Source: Eledone cirrhosa (taxonomy: Eukaryota). Taken from it: a DNA stretch of 64,000 bases. This document shows, in pieces, positions 52,849 through 64,000 of the stretch (position 1 is its first letter; each line of letters starts with the position of its first letter). The translations under genes were made by a program, and so were the position numbers. The DNA lies in assembly GCA_964016885.1 (NCBI GenBank), contig OZ024743.1, forward strand, positions 310,806,001 to 310,870,000, in the 5' to 3' direction. Below the pieces are notes generated by a model, which saw only the letters and a program-made list of their open reading frames with translations, was not told the origin of the DNA and ran no database searches.

Positions 52849-54606
52849 TCAATATCTCTAAAACAGAGAATGTCTGTCTCTCTGAATCCCTAAAACTCAA
52901 GAACCACCGAACCGATTGTTTTCAAGCTTTACACATGTAATACTTATGGTGAGTCTTTTGAACAAAGAAATTTCAAATTTTCATTAGGCGGTTTAGCGAT
53001 CTCTCTCTATAATTCTTAGTCTTTCTTTTTAGATAGATACATACCATAGGTTAAGCTACCGTAATCGTAATAGTGAGTCTAATGGTACACTTTTCGGGAT
53101 TAGTTCTAGGGAACAAGTTAGGCACTCTGATCGCTCACCCAGTGGTAATGTTTTTACTAATTCTAATAGTGTTGTTTCAACTGATCCTGGTAGTAACCCT
53201 AATCCTATTGATATGATTCCAGATAACAGTAGATATACTAAAGGTAGAAACAGAAGGAGACTCAATAGGGTTTTGGCTGCTTCTAATAATGTTGTTTCAA
53301 CTAGTCCTCGTAGTAATCCTGATCCTATTAGTGGGATACTGGATAACTGTAGAGTTGGTAAGGATATAAATAGGAGGAGACTCAATACTTATTTTAACCC
53401 ACCTTATGATCATGAAGTATTAACTAACATCCCTATGTCTTTCTTTTCTATCTTAGAGAAAAATTTCCCTCCTTCTAATAAATACCATGGTATTTTTAAT
53501 AAAAATGTAATTAAACTATCATTCTCTACCACCCCTAATATTAGTTCTCATTTAGCTAGTACTAACAATAGGAAAATTAGGGACAGCTACTCCTCTTTGC
53601 GTACTACTAGTCTTGATGGATACATTAATGCCTTACCACCTGAGCAGGCGTTATCTTATAATAACTCTAGGAATGATGCATCACTCATTCAGCCGATCAA
53701 TAGCGCCCGGAAGTGTAACTGTAGAGTAAGTATTAACTGCCCTTTAAATGGTCACTGCCTCTCTAGGAACATTGTTTATGCTTGTGAAGTTAAGACTAAT
53801 TCTTCTAATAGCACATATATAGGCTCCACATCTAATACTTTTAAAACTAGGTTTAATTCTCATATCACTAATTTTAAGCATGTTAAGTTTAAGAACTCTA
53901 CTTCTTTAGCACACCATATCTGGGATCTTAAAGGGGCTGGTATACCATATAGCCTTAATTGGCGTATAGTAGCACGCTCTAATAACCTATCAACACACAC
54001 TAAATTCTGTAATTTCTGTATCCTAGAGACCCACTCTATAATTTTCTCTAGGGAAGTTTTGCTTAATAGAAAGTCTGAGATATTTTCTTCCTGCCCCCAT
54101 GCCATTTCTAATTCTTTCTTCTATTATAGACCTAAAAGTTCTGGTAGTTTAAATCGTATCCATTAGCTGCTATATTTCCTTATCTTTTTTGTTTAGGTTC
54201 ATTTTGATTACTATTATCATTATTATTATTAGTTTTTTACAGCTTTTCGATTTTAGTTTCCATAGTCTTTTGGCTACCATACCCTATCTATCTTCTTAAG
54301 CATTATTATAGTTTCACTACTAACACCTTATGAGTTTATATCTTATTAAATACTTTGTTTGGAGTCTCATTCAACTAATGAACCTCCTCCTCTACACACT
54401 TAATATCCGCCCCTTCTATTATACTATATATAAATTTCACCTTTATGCTCCTTTTTATGATATTATATAATATATTGATTTTACTGTTATTGGTTTATTT
54501 TTTATAATTCTTCGGCTCTGTTTAATTACATTGAGCTATATCTTATACTGTCATTTCTATAATATGAAGAGGGTGTTTAACTCCAACACACTCTAGTATT
54601 TTAATT

Positions 54607-54661
<55 letters not shown>

Positions 54662-54800
54662 GTGTACAGAAATTTTGCATGCACAATAACAAAATATAAA
54701 CAAATGTATTTATTTCAAGTGGCTTGATAAGGATAAATATATATCAAATATATAAGAACCCCTAGAGCAAATCCCGAGCAACGCCGGGCCATTCTGCTAA
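52849..54800 (+). mobile_element. Putative non-autonomous Helitron enclosing a PLE fragment
   Basis: The 5' end is A|TC...aaaacagagaatgtctgtc. The 3' end has a hairpin cccg-agcaacgc-cggg followed by CTAA|T (CTRR consensus). Confidence 0.5.
53213..54166 (+). pseudogene. 5'-truncated PLE: RT C-terminus/linker plus complete GIY-YIG endonuclease, open frame of 317 aa
   Basis: YFNPPY, NFPPSNKYH, KLSFSTTPN, CNCRVSINCPLNGHC, IVY...YIGSTSNTFKTRF, CNFC and SCPH are homologous to the C-terminus of 3678-6140. Confidence 0.88.
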
Positions 54801-54994
54801 TCATTCATATATTGCAACACATTTATTCCAAGTCAATGATTATTGAACAAATTAGCACTTAGATAATTAAACCTGGCAATTTATATTTTTTTATATTATC
54901 GATAGAAAAATCAATACAAGTGCATGTACTATAATATAAATAAATAGCATCATTCTAAATCGGATAATACATCTAATAATGATTTGTAGTATAG

Positions 54995-55173
54995 CCACAA
55001 GGCCAGTAATTTGGGGGGAGAGGAAAGTCTATTAATTAGTCTCCCGTGCATTATTGGTACTTCATTTTACCGACCCCGTAAGGATGAAAGGCAAAGTTAA
55101 TCTCGGCGGGATTTGAACTCTATTCTGCAAAGCATGGCGTCCGACCCTCTACCGATACTGCCAATCCACCGCC
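54995..55173 (-). mobile_element. tRNA-derived SINE with internal deletion
   Basis: Reverse complement of the family consensus. Confidence 0.88.
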
Positions 55174-55358
55174 CTCTTAATAGATCTAATAATATGTATT
55201 ATAAGGATTGTGCCACATTTTTCACATTCTGGCAAAAACATTTTCAGAGCTTGTATTTAGATTTGAAACAGAATTAGAAGACAAAGATGTGTAATTTGTG
55301 GGCGGACGATGTAAAATGTTTTACTTCATGCCAGAAGACAACGTCATCTGCCAACGCT

Positions 55359-56140
<782 letters not shown>

Positions 56141-56231
56141 TTTGATCATATTGTTATAATATTGTTTCTACTTTAGGCACAAGGCCAGCAATTACCCAGT
56201 GCATTACTGGTACTTTATTTTATCGAGCCCG

Positions 56232-56612
56232 AATGCCAGAAATAATGATAGAACACACCCACTGTTTGGTTTGGATTGGTTTTCGCTTCTGTATATTTTA
56301 TATCCCTGTAGTTAATTTAGCTGCCAATCAATGTTTATCATTGATTGATCAATGGTCAAAAATATAAATATAAATATATATATATATTGTCTATCAATGT
56401 TCTTTCATCGCACTCCTGTGTCATCATTAGTGTTACTATTATGTTTCCTCCCGTTGTATTGTAATGTCTATTCCATCTTTATTTATTTAGAAGAATAAAT
56501 AAATAAATAAAAATGGAATAGATAGTTCAATATAACAGGAGGAAACTTAATAGTACCACTCATGATGTCGCAGATGTGTGATGAAAGACCTTTGATAGAC
56601 TATATATATATA
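56232..56612 (+). mobile_element. Diverged terminus of the PLE family at 1-2209 followed by a ~100-bp inverted repeat
   Basis: 56232-56380 resembles the reverse complement of 2030-2170. Arms 56389-56489 and about 56502-56600 are inverted. The right arm matches 20062-20108. Confidence 0.7.
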
Positions 56613-56746
56613 TTTAAATCTATATTTTAAAGCACTCGACGTTATGGAAATTACCCAACCTATATATGGTAGCTCATGGTTGGTACAGGAACAAAGTAAA
56701 ATATTCATTAAAATGAGCAGAAGACACGATTAGAAACTAAGATTTA

Positions 56747-57892
56747 TACAAATTTTGATGGCGTAGCTTCATTATTCGATCATGTTGCAAGGCATAGGCG
56801 ATTTTATGAGGTTTTAATCGCAGAATTAGTTCCCTCGATCGCAGGCTTTCAGCGAACACATTCAGAGAATAGAAAATAAAAAATAGAGGTCGATTTGAAA
56901 TCGGGTGTGGCCTGCCAATTACTGGGGTGGATGATTAAATATTTAATTTAGCAAGGAAGTAAGAGAGGTAGCGGGAAACAATTAATGATTGATAATTAAT
57001 TGATATATAATACGTAATATATATTTGAAGGAAGTGAGTTATTAGCTATTGGTATGGACTCCATACTAAGACATGCAATATCAGAATATTATATATCACA
57101 CAATCACACATGAACTATATCATAATTACACTATATATTAAGGTACATTCCAGCTACATAAGAGACATAATGTAGAATCAGAATCAAATAGAATCGAAAG
57201 CAATGTTATGTAAGATGCAAATGTATCACCTAAAGTAAATATCTATTAAACAATCTAGACTAAAATTTCAATACAAAAAGGGTTCAGGTGAAAAAGTGAA
57301 ATTGAATCATAACGGACAAACTCGAAAGTCCGTCAAATCTCCAGCTTGACCGTGTGGATGTAGGTAGCCGTGTACGATCGGGTCCATATATTGAGGAAGA
57401 CTCAGTTTTAGCAGGTCCGTGATGGTATTTCCTCTCTTAATGGAGTCGTGGCCTCGGTTCTTCATTATATCACAAAGCGCCTAACTCTAACAGGAGCTGT
57501 ATTTCAACCGGTTTTCGGCCAATGTCTGATGACACAGTTTAATACTCAATGATTTCTGTAGCAGTAGAATCCATAGTTTTAATTAATAAATCCCATTTTA
57601 TAAGGACAGTAGAATTTCTGTCACCACCTAGAAAACCCCACTCCTCCATCAATATTAAGCCTACGAGGCTTAATATTGCTGGTTCTGCGTCATTCGTGGA
57701 AGGTTTGGTGTTAAAATAACACTGAATTGGCAGGCCACTTCAAAATCAAATCGGTCCTCTATTTTCTATTCTCTGTTTGTATTCATCATAATCCTGTTAT
57801 CATATGGAACTAATTCTGCAATTAAGACCTGAGTAAATAACGTAAGTTTTACAACATGATCGAATGGTGAAGCTGGGCCATCGGAATTTGTA
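56747..57892. mobile_element. Putative non-autonomous DNA transposon with long (~170 bp) diverged TIRs
   Basis: 56747-56920 matches the reverse complement of 57725-57892 in several blocks (tacaaatt..gatggc..agcttca..attcgatcatgttg, gcagaattagttcc, cagagaatagaaaata, gtggcctgccaatt). No TSD was identified. Confidence 0.65.
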
Positions 57893-57959
57893 AAGTGTTT
57901 TCGCGGAATTAAAATTCTAAAGAAAATATGCAGTCCGGCATTATGTTGCTTTCAATGAA

Positions 57960-58006
<47 letters not shown>

Positions 58007-58067
58007 TTCAGAAGATCCTGTTAAGGGTGAAAGCAACGATTCTTTTTGCTTAAACTTTAATCTGTTA

Positions 58068-58135
<68 letters not shown>

Positions 58136-58177
58136 TAATATCAATAAATGGAAAATATCTTTATAAAACCATATTTA

Positions 58178-58234
58178 TTTTATTATACGTATTTCAAGGG
58201 TACTAATATTTAAGTACGCTTTCGTCAGATTAAA
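58178..58234 (-). ncRNA. Type-I hammerhead ribozyme motif
   Basis: The minus strand reads tttaat-CTGACGA-aagcgtact taaatatt agtaccctt-GAAA-T-ACGT-A-TA-ataaaa. The core is intact, helix II pairs 8 of 9 bp, and ATACGTAT is palindromic. Confidence 0.62.
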
Positions 58235-58424
58235 TATAATAATTGGTGTTAAGATAGTGACATGTCTTCATGTGAACTTAATGGTATATGTCCAGTTCAC
58301 TGGACTTATTATACCATTAAGTTCACATGAAGATAGTGTTAAGATAGTGACATATATTCATGTGAACTTAATGGTATAAGTCCAGTTCACTGTGTGTGTA
58401 TGTGTGTGTGCGTGTGTGTGTGTG

Positions 58425-58476
<52 letters not shown>

Positions 58477-58678
58477 GATATAGATATAGGTGTGTGTGTG
58501 TGTGTGTGTATGTATATATAGATATATATGCATATATATATTCATCCAAAATTAAGATAAATTGAATTAAATTAAATTAAATCAAATTAAATTAAGGGTG
58601 TCATGTCAGATAGGCAAGCGCCATATCACCCGTAAAATATGCTCCAAGATTCTAATGAGTAGATCCGAGCATTTTATA

Positions 58679-58861
58679 TCAACTAGGAATTGATTGACAT
58701 ATAATTAAACATATGAAACAATCACAGGGGATAATTTGTAAAAGTGTGTAAGCACACATAGCTAGGTAGGTAACTAAATAAAGTGTGCTTAGAAACTTTT
58801 ACAAATTATCCCCTGTGATTGTTTGATATGTTTAATTATATGTCAATCAATTTCTAGTTGA
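58679..58861. repeat. ~79-bp inverted repeat
   Basis: 58679-58757 vs 58783-58861, about 4 mismatches, next to (TA)n. Confidence 0.92.
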
Positions 58862-58878
58862 AATATTTATATACATAC

Positions 58879-58946
<68 letters not shown>

Positions 58947-59027
58947 CTTGCCATATTGAACCACACTGGCATACGGTTGGAAAATACATGTACACCTATG
59001 TGTATTATTTACATGTAGGAATACATA

Positions 59028-59063
<36 letters not shown>

Positions 59064-59259
59064 AAAGAATAGAGGTGTAACACACAAGTTATTATATATT
59101 GGTAAACGGAATAGAAAATGCTGACAAATTGTTCACAGTTGAAAAATGGTTTAATTAGGAATAAAAGAGTATTAGTGATTGTATGGGTTAGTATTCAGTT
59201 GTGGTTTTAAGTTTTTAAGTTTTTACCGGTTGCGCATTTCTAAATGCTTTTCAAAAATA

Positions 59260-59352
59260 ATTTTGAGATAGAGTGTCCGTGCTGTTTGCTCTGATCTGAG
59301 CAAACAGCACGGACACTCTATCTCAAAATCTATCTCAAAATCTATCTCAAAA
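59260..59352. repeat. Perfect 32-bp hairpin followed by a 12-bp tandem triplication
   Basis: attttgagatagagtgtccgtgctgtttgctc-tgatct-gagcaaacagcacggacactctatctcaaaat. The unit ctatctcaaaat is repeated three times at 59318-59352. Confidence 0.95.
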
Positions 59353-59869
59353 CTCTGATATAACACATGCAACTCTGATGGTATCCAATGATGTTGACTT
59401 GTTCTTCTTTTTGGTAAATATTATCTTGGTTAAGAGAGTGGGACTGGCTTTGTGCAGTGCCTTTGCTCACTATAAAAGCTTCACGGCACAGGCATTGTTT
59501 TATATCTGGAGATCTCTCTGCACTTGTCGTGACATGGTACCATGGGCCCAGCACTATGTTTCAATAATTGTCACAAGTGTAGTGTTTGTACTAGAGTTTT
59601 CAAGTCGCTGGCTGGACTAAAAAGTCACACTCGTTCAGCGCATCGGTAGGGGTTCTCCTACATGGATATAATGTAGTGGCCGTACTCGAAAAGGAGTTGG
59701 CAGCCACCATATATGTAGCCATGTTATATTGAGATGTAAGTAAATGTAAAATGTAAAATATAAATAAGGATTGCTCTGGCAAAATATACGAAAATATTTG
59801 TGTAACTTCCACAAGCATGTCATGATGTTCCCGAGCCCATTGAGCAAAAATTTGTTGTATTTTGAGTTT

Positions 59870-62800
59870 CAGAATACAAAAATTAATTAAAAACTTACCC
59901 CACGAAAAGACAGAGTGTGTTGTCCTATCTATAAGCTTTTGTTGCAAAGGAGCTTCCACATTACGATCTTGATATCGCAGCTTTATCTGAGACGAGGTTA
60001 GCTGGAGATGGTCATACATTTTGTGGAGAATATACATTCTTCTGGAAAGGAAGAGATGGAGGAACCAGAAGAGGGGCTGGGGTAGCATTTGCTGTTAAAA
60101 CTGTTCTTGTGAATAAATTAGAAGAATTCCCAGTAGGGATTAGTGAGCGTCTTATGTGCATGAGAATTCGGCTGGACAAAGGAAGATATAAGACCCTTGT
60201 GAGTGTGTATGCCCCAACTATGAATTCTGTCGATGAAGAAAAGGTGTCCTTTTACCATGCTTTGGTGACTTTAATGCTAGAGTGGGTAGGGGTTTTAACA
60301 CATGGAATGTAATCGGAAGGCATGGGGTGCGAAAGTGTAACAACAATGGTATGCTCCTGCTGCAAATGTGTGCCGAGCTGGATCTGTGTGTTACCAACAC
60401 CATGTTCCAACAAAAGAACAATATTATGACTACATGGATGCATCCTGCATCTAAGGTATGGCATATTTTGGACTACGTCCTAGTCAGGATGCGTGACAGA
60501 AGGGATGTGCAGTGTGTTCGTGCTCTTTGTGGAGCTGAGTGCTGGACGGACCACCGCCTGATACGCGCAAAAGTGAAACTAATCACTAAACGTAAAATCC
60601 GGGCTCCTGGTGTTGCTCTGCCCAGAAGATTGAATGCTGCTCGTCTTAGGGATAAAAATGTGAAGAAGACATTGCGAGAAGAGATTGCGAGAAGAGATGC
60701 AGGTTTCAGATCTTGGTGAGGATTGGCCGACCCTTAAAATGTTGGTTTATGATGTAGGCAGGCGTGTTCTGGGATTGGTGCAGAGAAAACATCAGGACTG
60801 GTTTAATGAGAATGATGAACATATAGAAGACTTGTTGGCTCATAAGAGGCGTGCTCTGTCACGCTACTTGACGGCAAAACCACAGGAGAAGAATATGTTG
60901 CATAAGGAACTCAAGGATGTGAAATCACGTGTTAGCCGGACTCTTTCTCAGATGAAGGATCAGTGGTGGAGTGAGAAAGCTGATGAGATACAAACTGCAT
61001 CAGATTCCAATAACACAAAGCTGTTGTACAGTCTCTTGCGTGAAGTTTATGGAGCGTCTTCTTCTCTGGTGACACCGCTTCGCAGCAAGGATAGAAAAGA
61101 ACTTCTTCGTGACTCACAAGGAATTCTACGAAGGTGGCGAGAGCACTTTCATGAGCTTATGAATCAGCCGTCTGTCGTCAATGAAGATTTCCTCAATCTC
61201 ATTCCAGAAAGTCCCGTGAAAGCAGCTCTCGCAGACCTTCCGGCGCTTGTGGAGGTTGCAGTGGCTATCTCGAAGCTGAACAGTGAATGTATGTATGCAT
61301 GTATGCATGTATGCCATCCACGTATGGATGGCATACATGCAGAGCTCCTACAATATGGTGGTGAGAGACTCCTGCAACATCTTCACTCTTGTTTGGTAGG
61401 ATATGGGCTAATGAATCCGACTGGAGAGATGCAGTAATGGTGGTCTTGTACAAGGGAAAGGGTAACAGGAATGATTGTGAGAACAACAGAGGTATATCAT
61501 TGCTTTCTGCCGTAGGGAAAGTTTTATGTAGGGTGCTTCTGGACCGTCTGCTGACACACATTGCAGATTGTGTTCTTCCTGAAAGTCAATCTGGTTTTCG
61601 TGCTAGACGCGGCACTACTGATATGATCTTCTCAGCTAGACAGCTCCAGGAGAAGTGCATGGAACAAGGTTTGGATCTGTATCAGGTTTTTGTCGATCTG
61701 ACAAAAGCTTTCGATACTGTTAACAGAAATGGATTATGGAAGGTTCTTCAGAAACTTGGTTGCCCTGATAAGTTCCTTGCTTTAGTTAGGTCTTTCCATG
61801 ACGACATGAAGGCTAGGGTTAATGTCGGAGGTAACATATCGGAGCCTATCTCAGTAAAAAATGGAGTGAAACGGGGGGGGGGTATTCCAGCACCGACCCT
61901 GTTTGCCATATACTTTGCAATGGTTTTCTATATTGCATTCAGGAATTGCGAGCATGGTGTTTACATCCGATATGGAACCGCAGGCAGCATATTTCACATC
62001 AGGCGCTTTGCTGCAAAAACAAAAGTATTTACATCAATCATAAGAGTCCTCTTGTATGCAGATGATTGCGATCTTGTAGTGCACACAAATAGTGATATGC
62101 AGCACATTTTGAATGCATTTTCTTATGCTTACACCGCCCTAGGATTGACTGTCAGTCTCAAGAAAGCCGTCGTCATGTACCAACCTGCCCCTGGTAAGCA
62201 GTACAGTGAACCAAATATCTATGTGTATGGTAAACGACTTGGAGTGGTTGATCAGTTTCTCTACCTGGGAAGCACTGTCAATCGATACAGCAACCTTGAT
62301 AATGAAATTCCACTCAGGATTAGGAAAGCAAGTGATGCTTTCGGAAAGTTAGAAAGGCGACTCTGGGGTCGGCGAGACATATGCAAGAAGACAAAGGTAA
62401 AGGTGTATCAGGCATGTGTGCTCTATTCTCATCTTTATGTTTGTGAGACCTGGGTCACATATCGACACCACCTTAAGCAATTGGAGCGTTTCCATCAGAT
62501 GTGTCTCAGACGGATCCATGGCGTTCACTGGAGGGACCACATCAGTGATGTCGAGATTTTGGAAAGCTCTATGTGTGACAGTATAGAAGCTCTTGTGCTT
62601 AAGCAAAGACTCCGTTGGAGTGGTCACCTTGCCAGGATGAAGAATTCTAGAATACCAAAACAACTCTTTTGTGGAGAGTTATTTAAAGGAAAACGACCGC
62701 TACATAAACAAAAAAAGTGGTATAAGGATTCCTTGAAAGCCTCTCTGAAAGACGCTAACATCTCTGCTGATACATGGGAAAATGTTGCTGCTGATCGTAA

Positions 62801-63179
62801 TAAATGGAGAAAGACTGCATATGAGGGGAAAGTTGCCTTTGAGGCATCTCGAATCGCATACGAGACAGTAAAGCGGGGTATGAGGAAGGGCATTGCTGTT
62901 GCATTTCCAGACGGCGAAGGTCCTCCTATGGCGCTGACATGCAGCGTCTGTGCGAGACTCTGCCTAAGCAAAGCTGGACTCGAAAGTCATCTTCGCAGTC
63001 ACAAAGTAAGACCAGTGGTTGACTACCAGGGTGCTGTTGGAGATGCTACTCATCATGCTTGCCAAGCATGTGGTAGAGAATGTAAATCAGCAGGAGGGCT
63101 CAAACGACATGCAAAAGTACATGAACTCCAACCACAGTCGGCTATTCCCAGCTATATCATCAACCAAAATCAAAATTAG
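59870..63179 (+). mobile_element. RTE (BovB-like) LINE: APE, RT and two C-terminal C2H2 fingers, frameshifted
   Basis: The APE reads DIAALSETRL, GVAFAVK, SVYAPT, TWMHP..WHILDYV and WTDHRL. The RT reads NNRGISLLS, ESQSGFR, FVDLTKAFD, LYADD and FLYLGS. The C-terminus has CSVC..HLRSH and CQAC..HAKVH. It is split over ORFs 60109, 60282, 60685 and 61389. Confidence 0.93.
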
Positions 63180-63263
63180 AAATAGAAAGCAGCTTAAACT
63201 TTTTGAAATTAATGTAGAGTTGATGTTAGCAAATATATGTTTCAAGGAGTTAATTTCACCTAA

Positions 63264-63411
63264 TTCTTCTTCTTCTTCTTCTTCTTCTTCTTCTTCTTCT
63301 TCTTCTTCTTCTTCTTCTTCTTCTTCTTCTTCTTCTTCTTCTTCTTCTTCTTCTTCTTCTTCTTCTTCTTCTTCTTCTTCTTCTTCTTCTTCGTCTTCTT
63401 CTTCCTCTTCT
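63264..63411. repeat. (TTC)n microsatellite, the probable (GAA)n tail of the minus-strand LINE to its right
   Basis: Direct observation; the tail role is inference. Confidence 0.95.
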
Positions 63412-63860
63412 TGCTCAACGAGGTCATCTTAAGCCAGCGATCCCAAAGTACCGTTGAACGTAGAGCCGAACAGGTCTGCTAGTACCCTCCATCGCTGACG
63501 GTCCTGTGCTAGCTTCTCTGCATTCTCTAATGTGATTTCCAACCTCCGGAGACCACCTGGTGCAGGGCCTGCTGTGGGGCCTCTTCCACCCTGCAGCCAC
63601 TGCGTCCATATCCGACCTATATCACCAATTGCTTCAGCGACCTAGCAGAGGACTAGACCGACATCTGGAAAATTTTTAAATCAGACGTTAACCAGTCTAC
63701 GCGCGAGGTCCTGGTAAACTCAGGACCTCTTCCCAATGGTCCTGGATTTCACCGCGGACGCTGGAGACAATTAACTGTTGCCGCAAGGCTCTCCTACGCC
63801 GTGACATGAATGAGTACAGTCGGCTTAAGTGGATATGCAACAATACGGAAGACCGAGATA
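63412..63860 (-). mobile_element. Degenerate RTE-like LINE 3' fragment
   Basis: GWKRPHSRPCTRW and HLSRLYSF...LR motifs are typical of an RTE C-terminus. It ends in (GAA)n on the minus strand. Confidence 0.55.
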
Positions 63861-64000
63861 AATTGTAGGAAGAAGAAGCTGAGCATCTGGAAACAGCGGC
63901 AAGGAACAACAACCATCCCAAGCAAGGTCTTCACCTAAAAACCTGGTTAATAAATTTATATCATCTGTCTTTGATCTTAGTTGTTCCGGGACGGGTTTGA

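Noticed and set aside
54560-54600. Hammerhead-like ATGAAGA plus hairpin after the 53213 PLE fragment
   Set aside because: No GAAA box, and the core is mutated.
58005-58040. Hammerhead-like CAGAAGA-tcct gtta aggg-t-GAAA-GC
   Set aside because: The core is mutated, with no UH triplet or helix I.
63019-63432. Poly-Ser ORF
   Set aside because: It is a translation of the (TTC)n array.

Overview
This is eukaryotic, very AT-rich, repeat-saturated DNA with no host protein-coding gene that I can support. The SINE family and long (TA)n/(TG)n tracts resemble an octopod cephalopod genome, which is an inference. The window is a mosaic of retroelements. It holds at least three families of Penelope-like elements (PLEs), including one intact 820-aa RT+GIY-YIG ORF (3678-6140) and an RT ORF running off the left edge. 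There are three R4/Dong-type RLE LINEs ending in (TAA)n, two of them a single lesion away from an open frame. There are also RTE LINEs, an L1/Tx1 3' fragment, a Ty3/gypsy remnant with an odd PPT-LTR-PBS arrangement, two non-autonomous Helitrons and about 20 tRNA-derived SINE copies. The most interesting non-coding signal is a set of type-I hammerhead ribozyme motifs with palindromic helix-III loops. Their cores are intact at 9809-9960, 36730-36765, 40097-40243 (an inverted pair) and 58178-58234, and several more are decayed. Alongside them is an unusually dense set of near-perfect palindromes and template-switch scars, mostly beside (TA)n tracts. All calls come from reading the sequence by eye; no searches or folding were run. 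Most short ORFs in the track are microsatellite or antisense artefacts.
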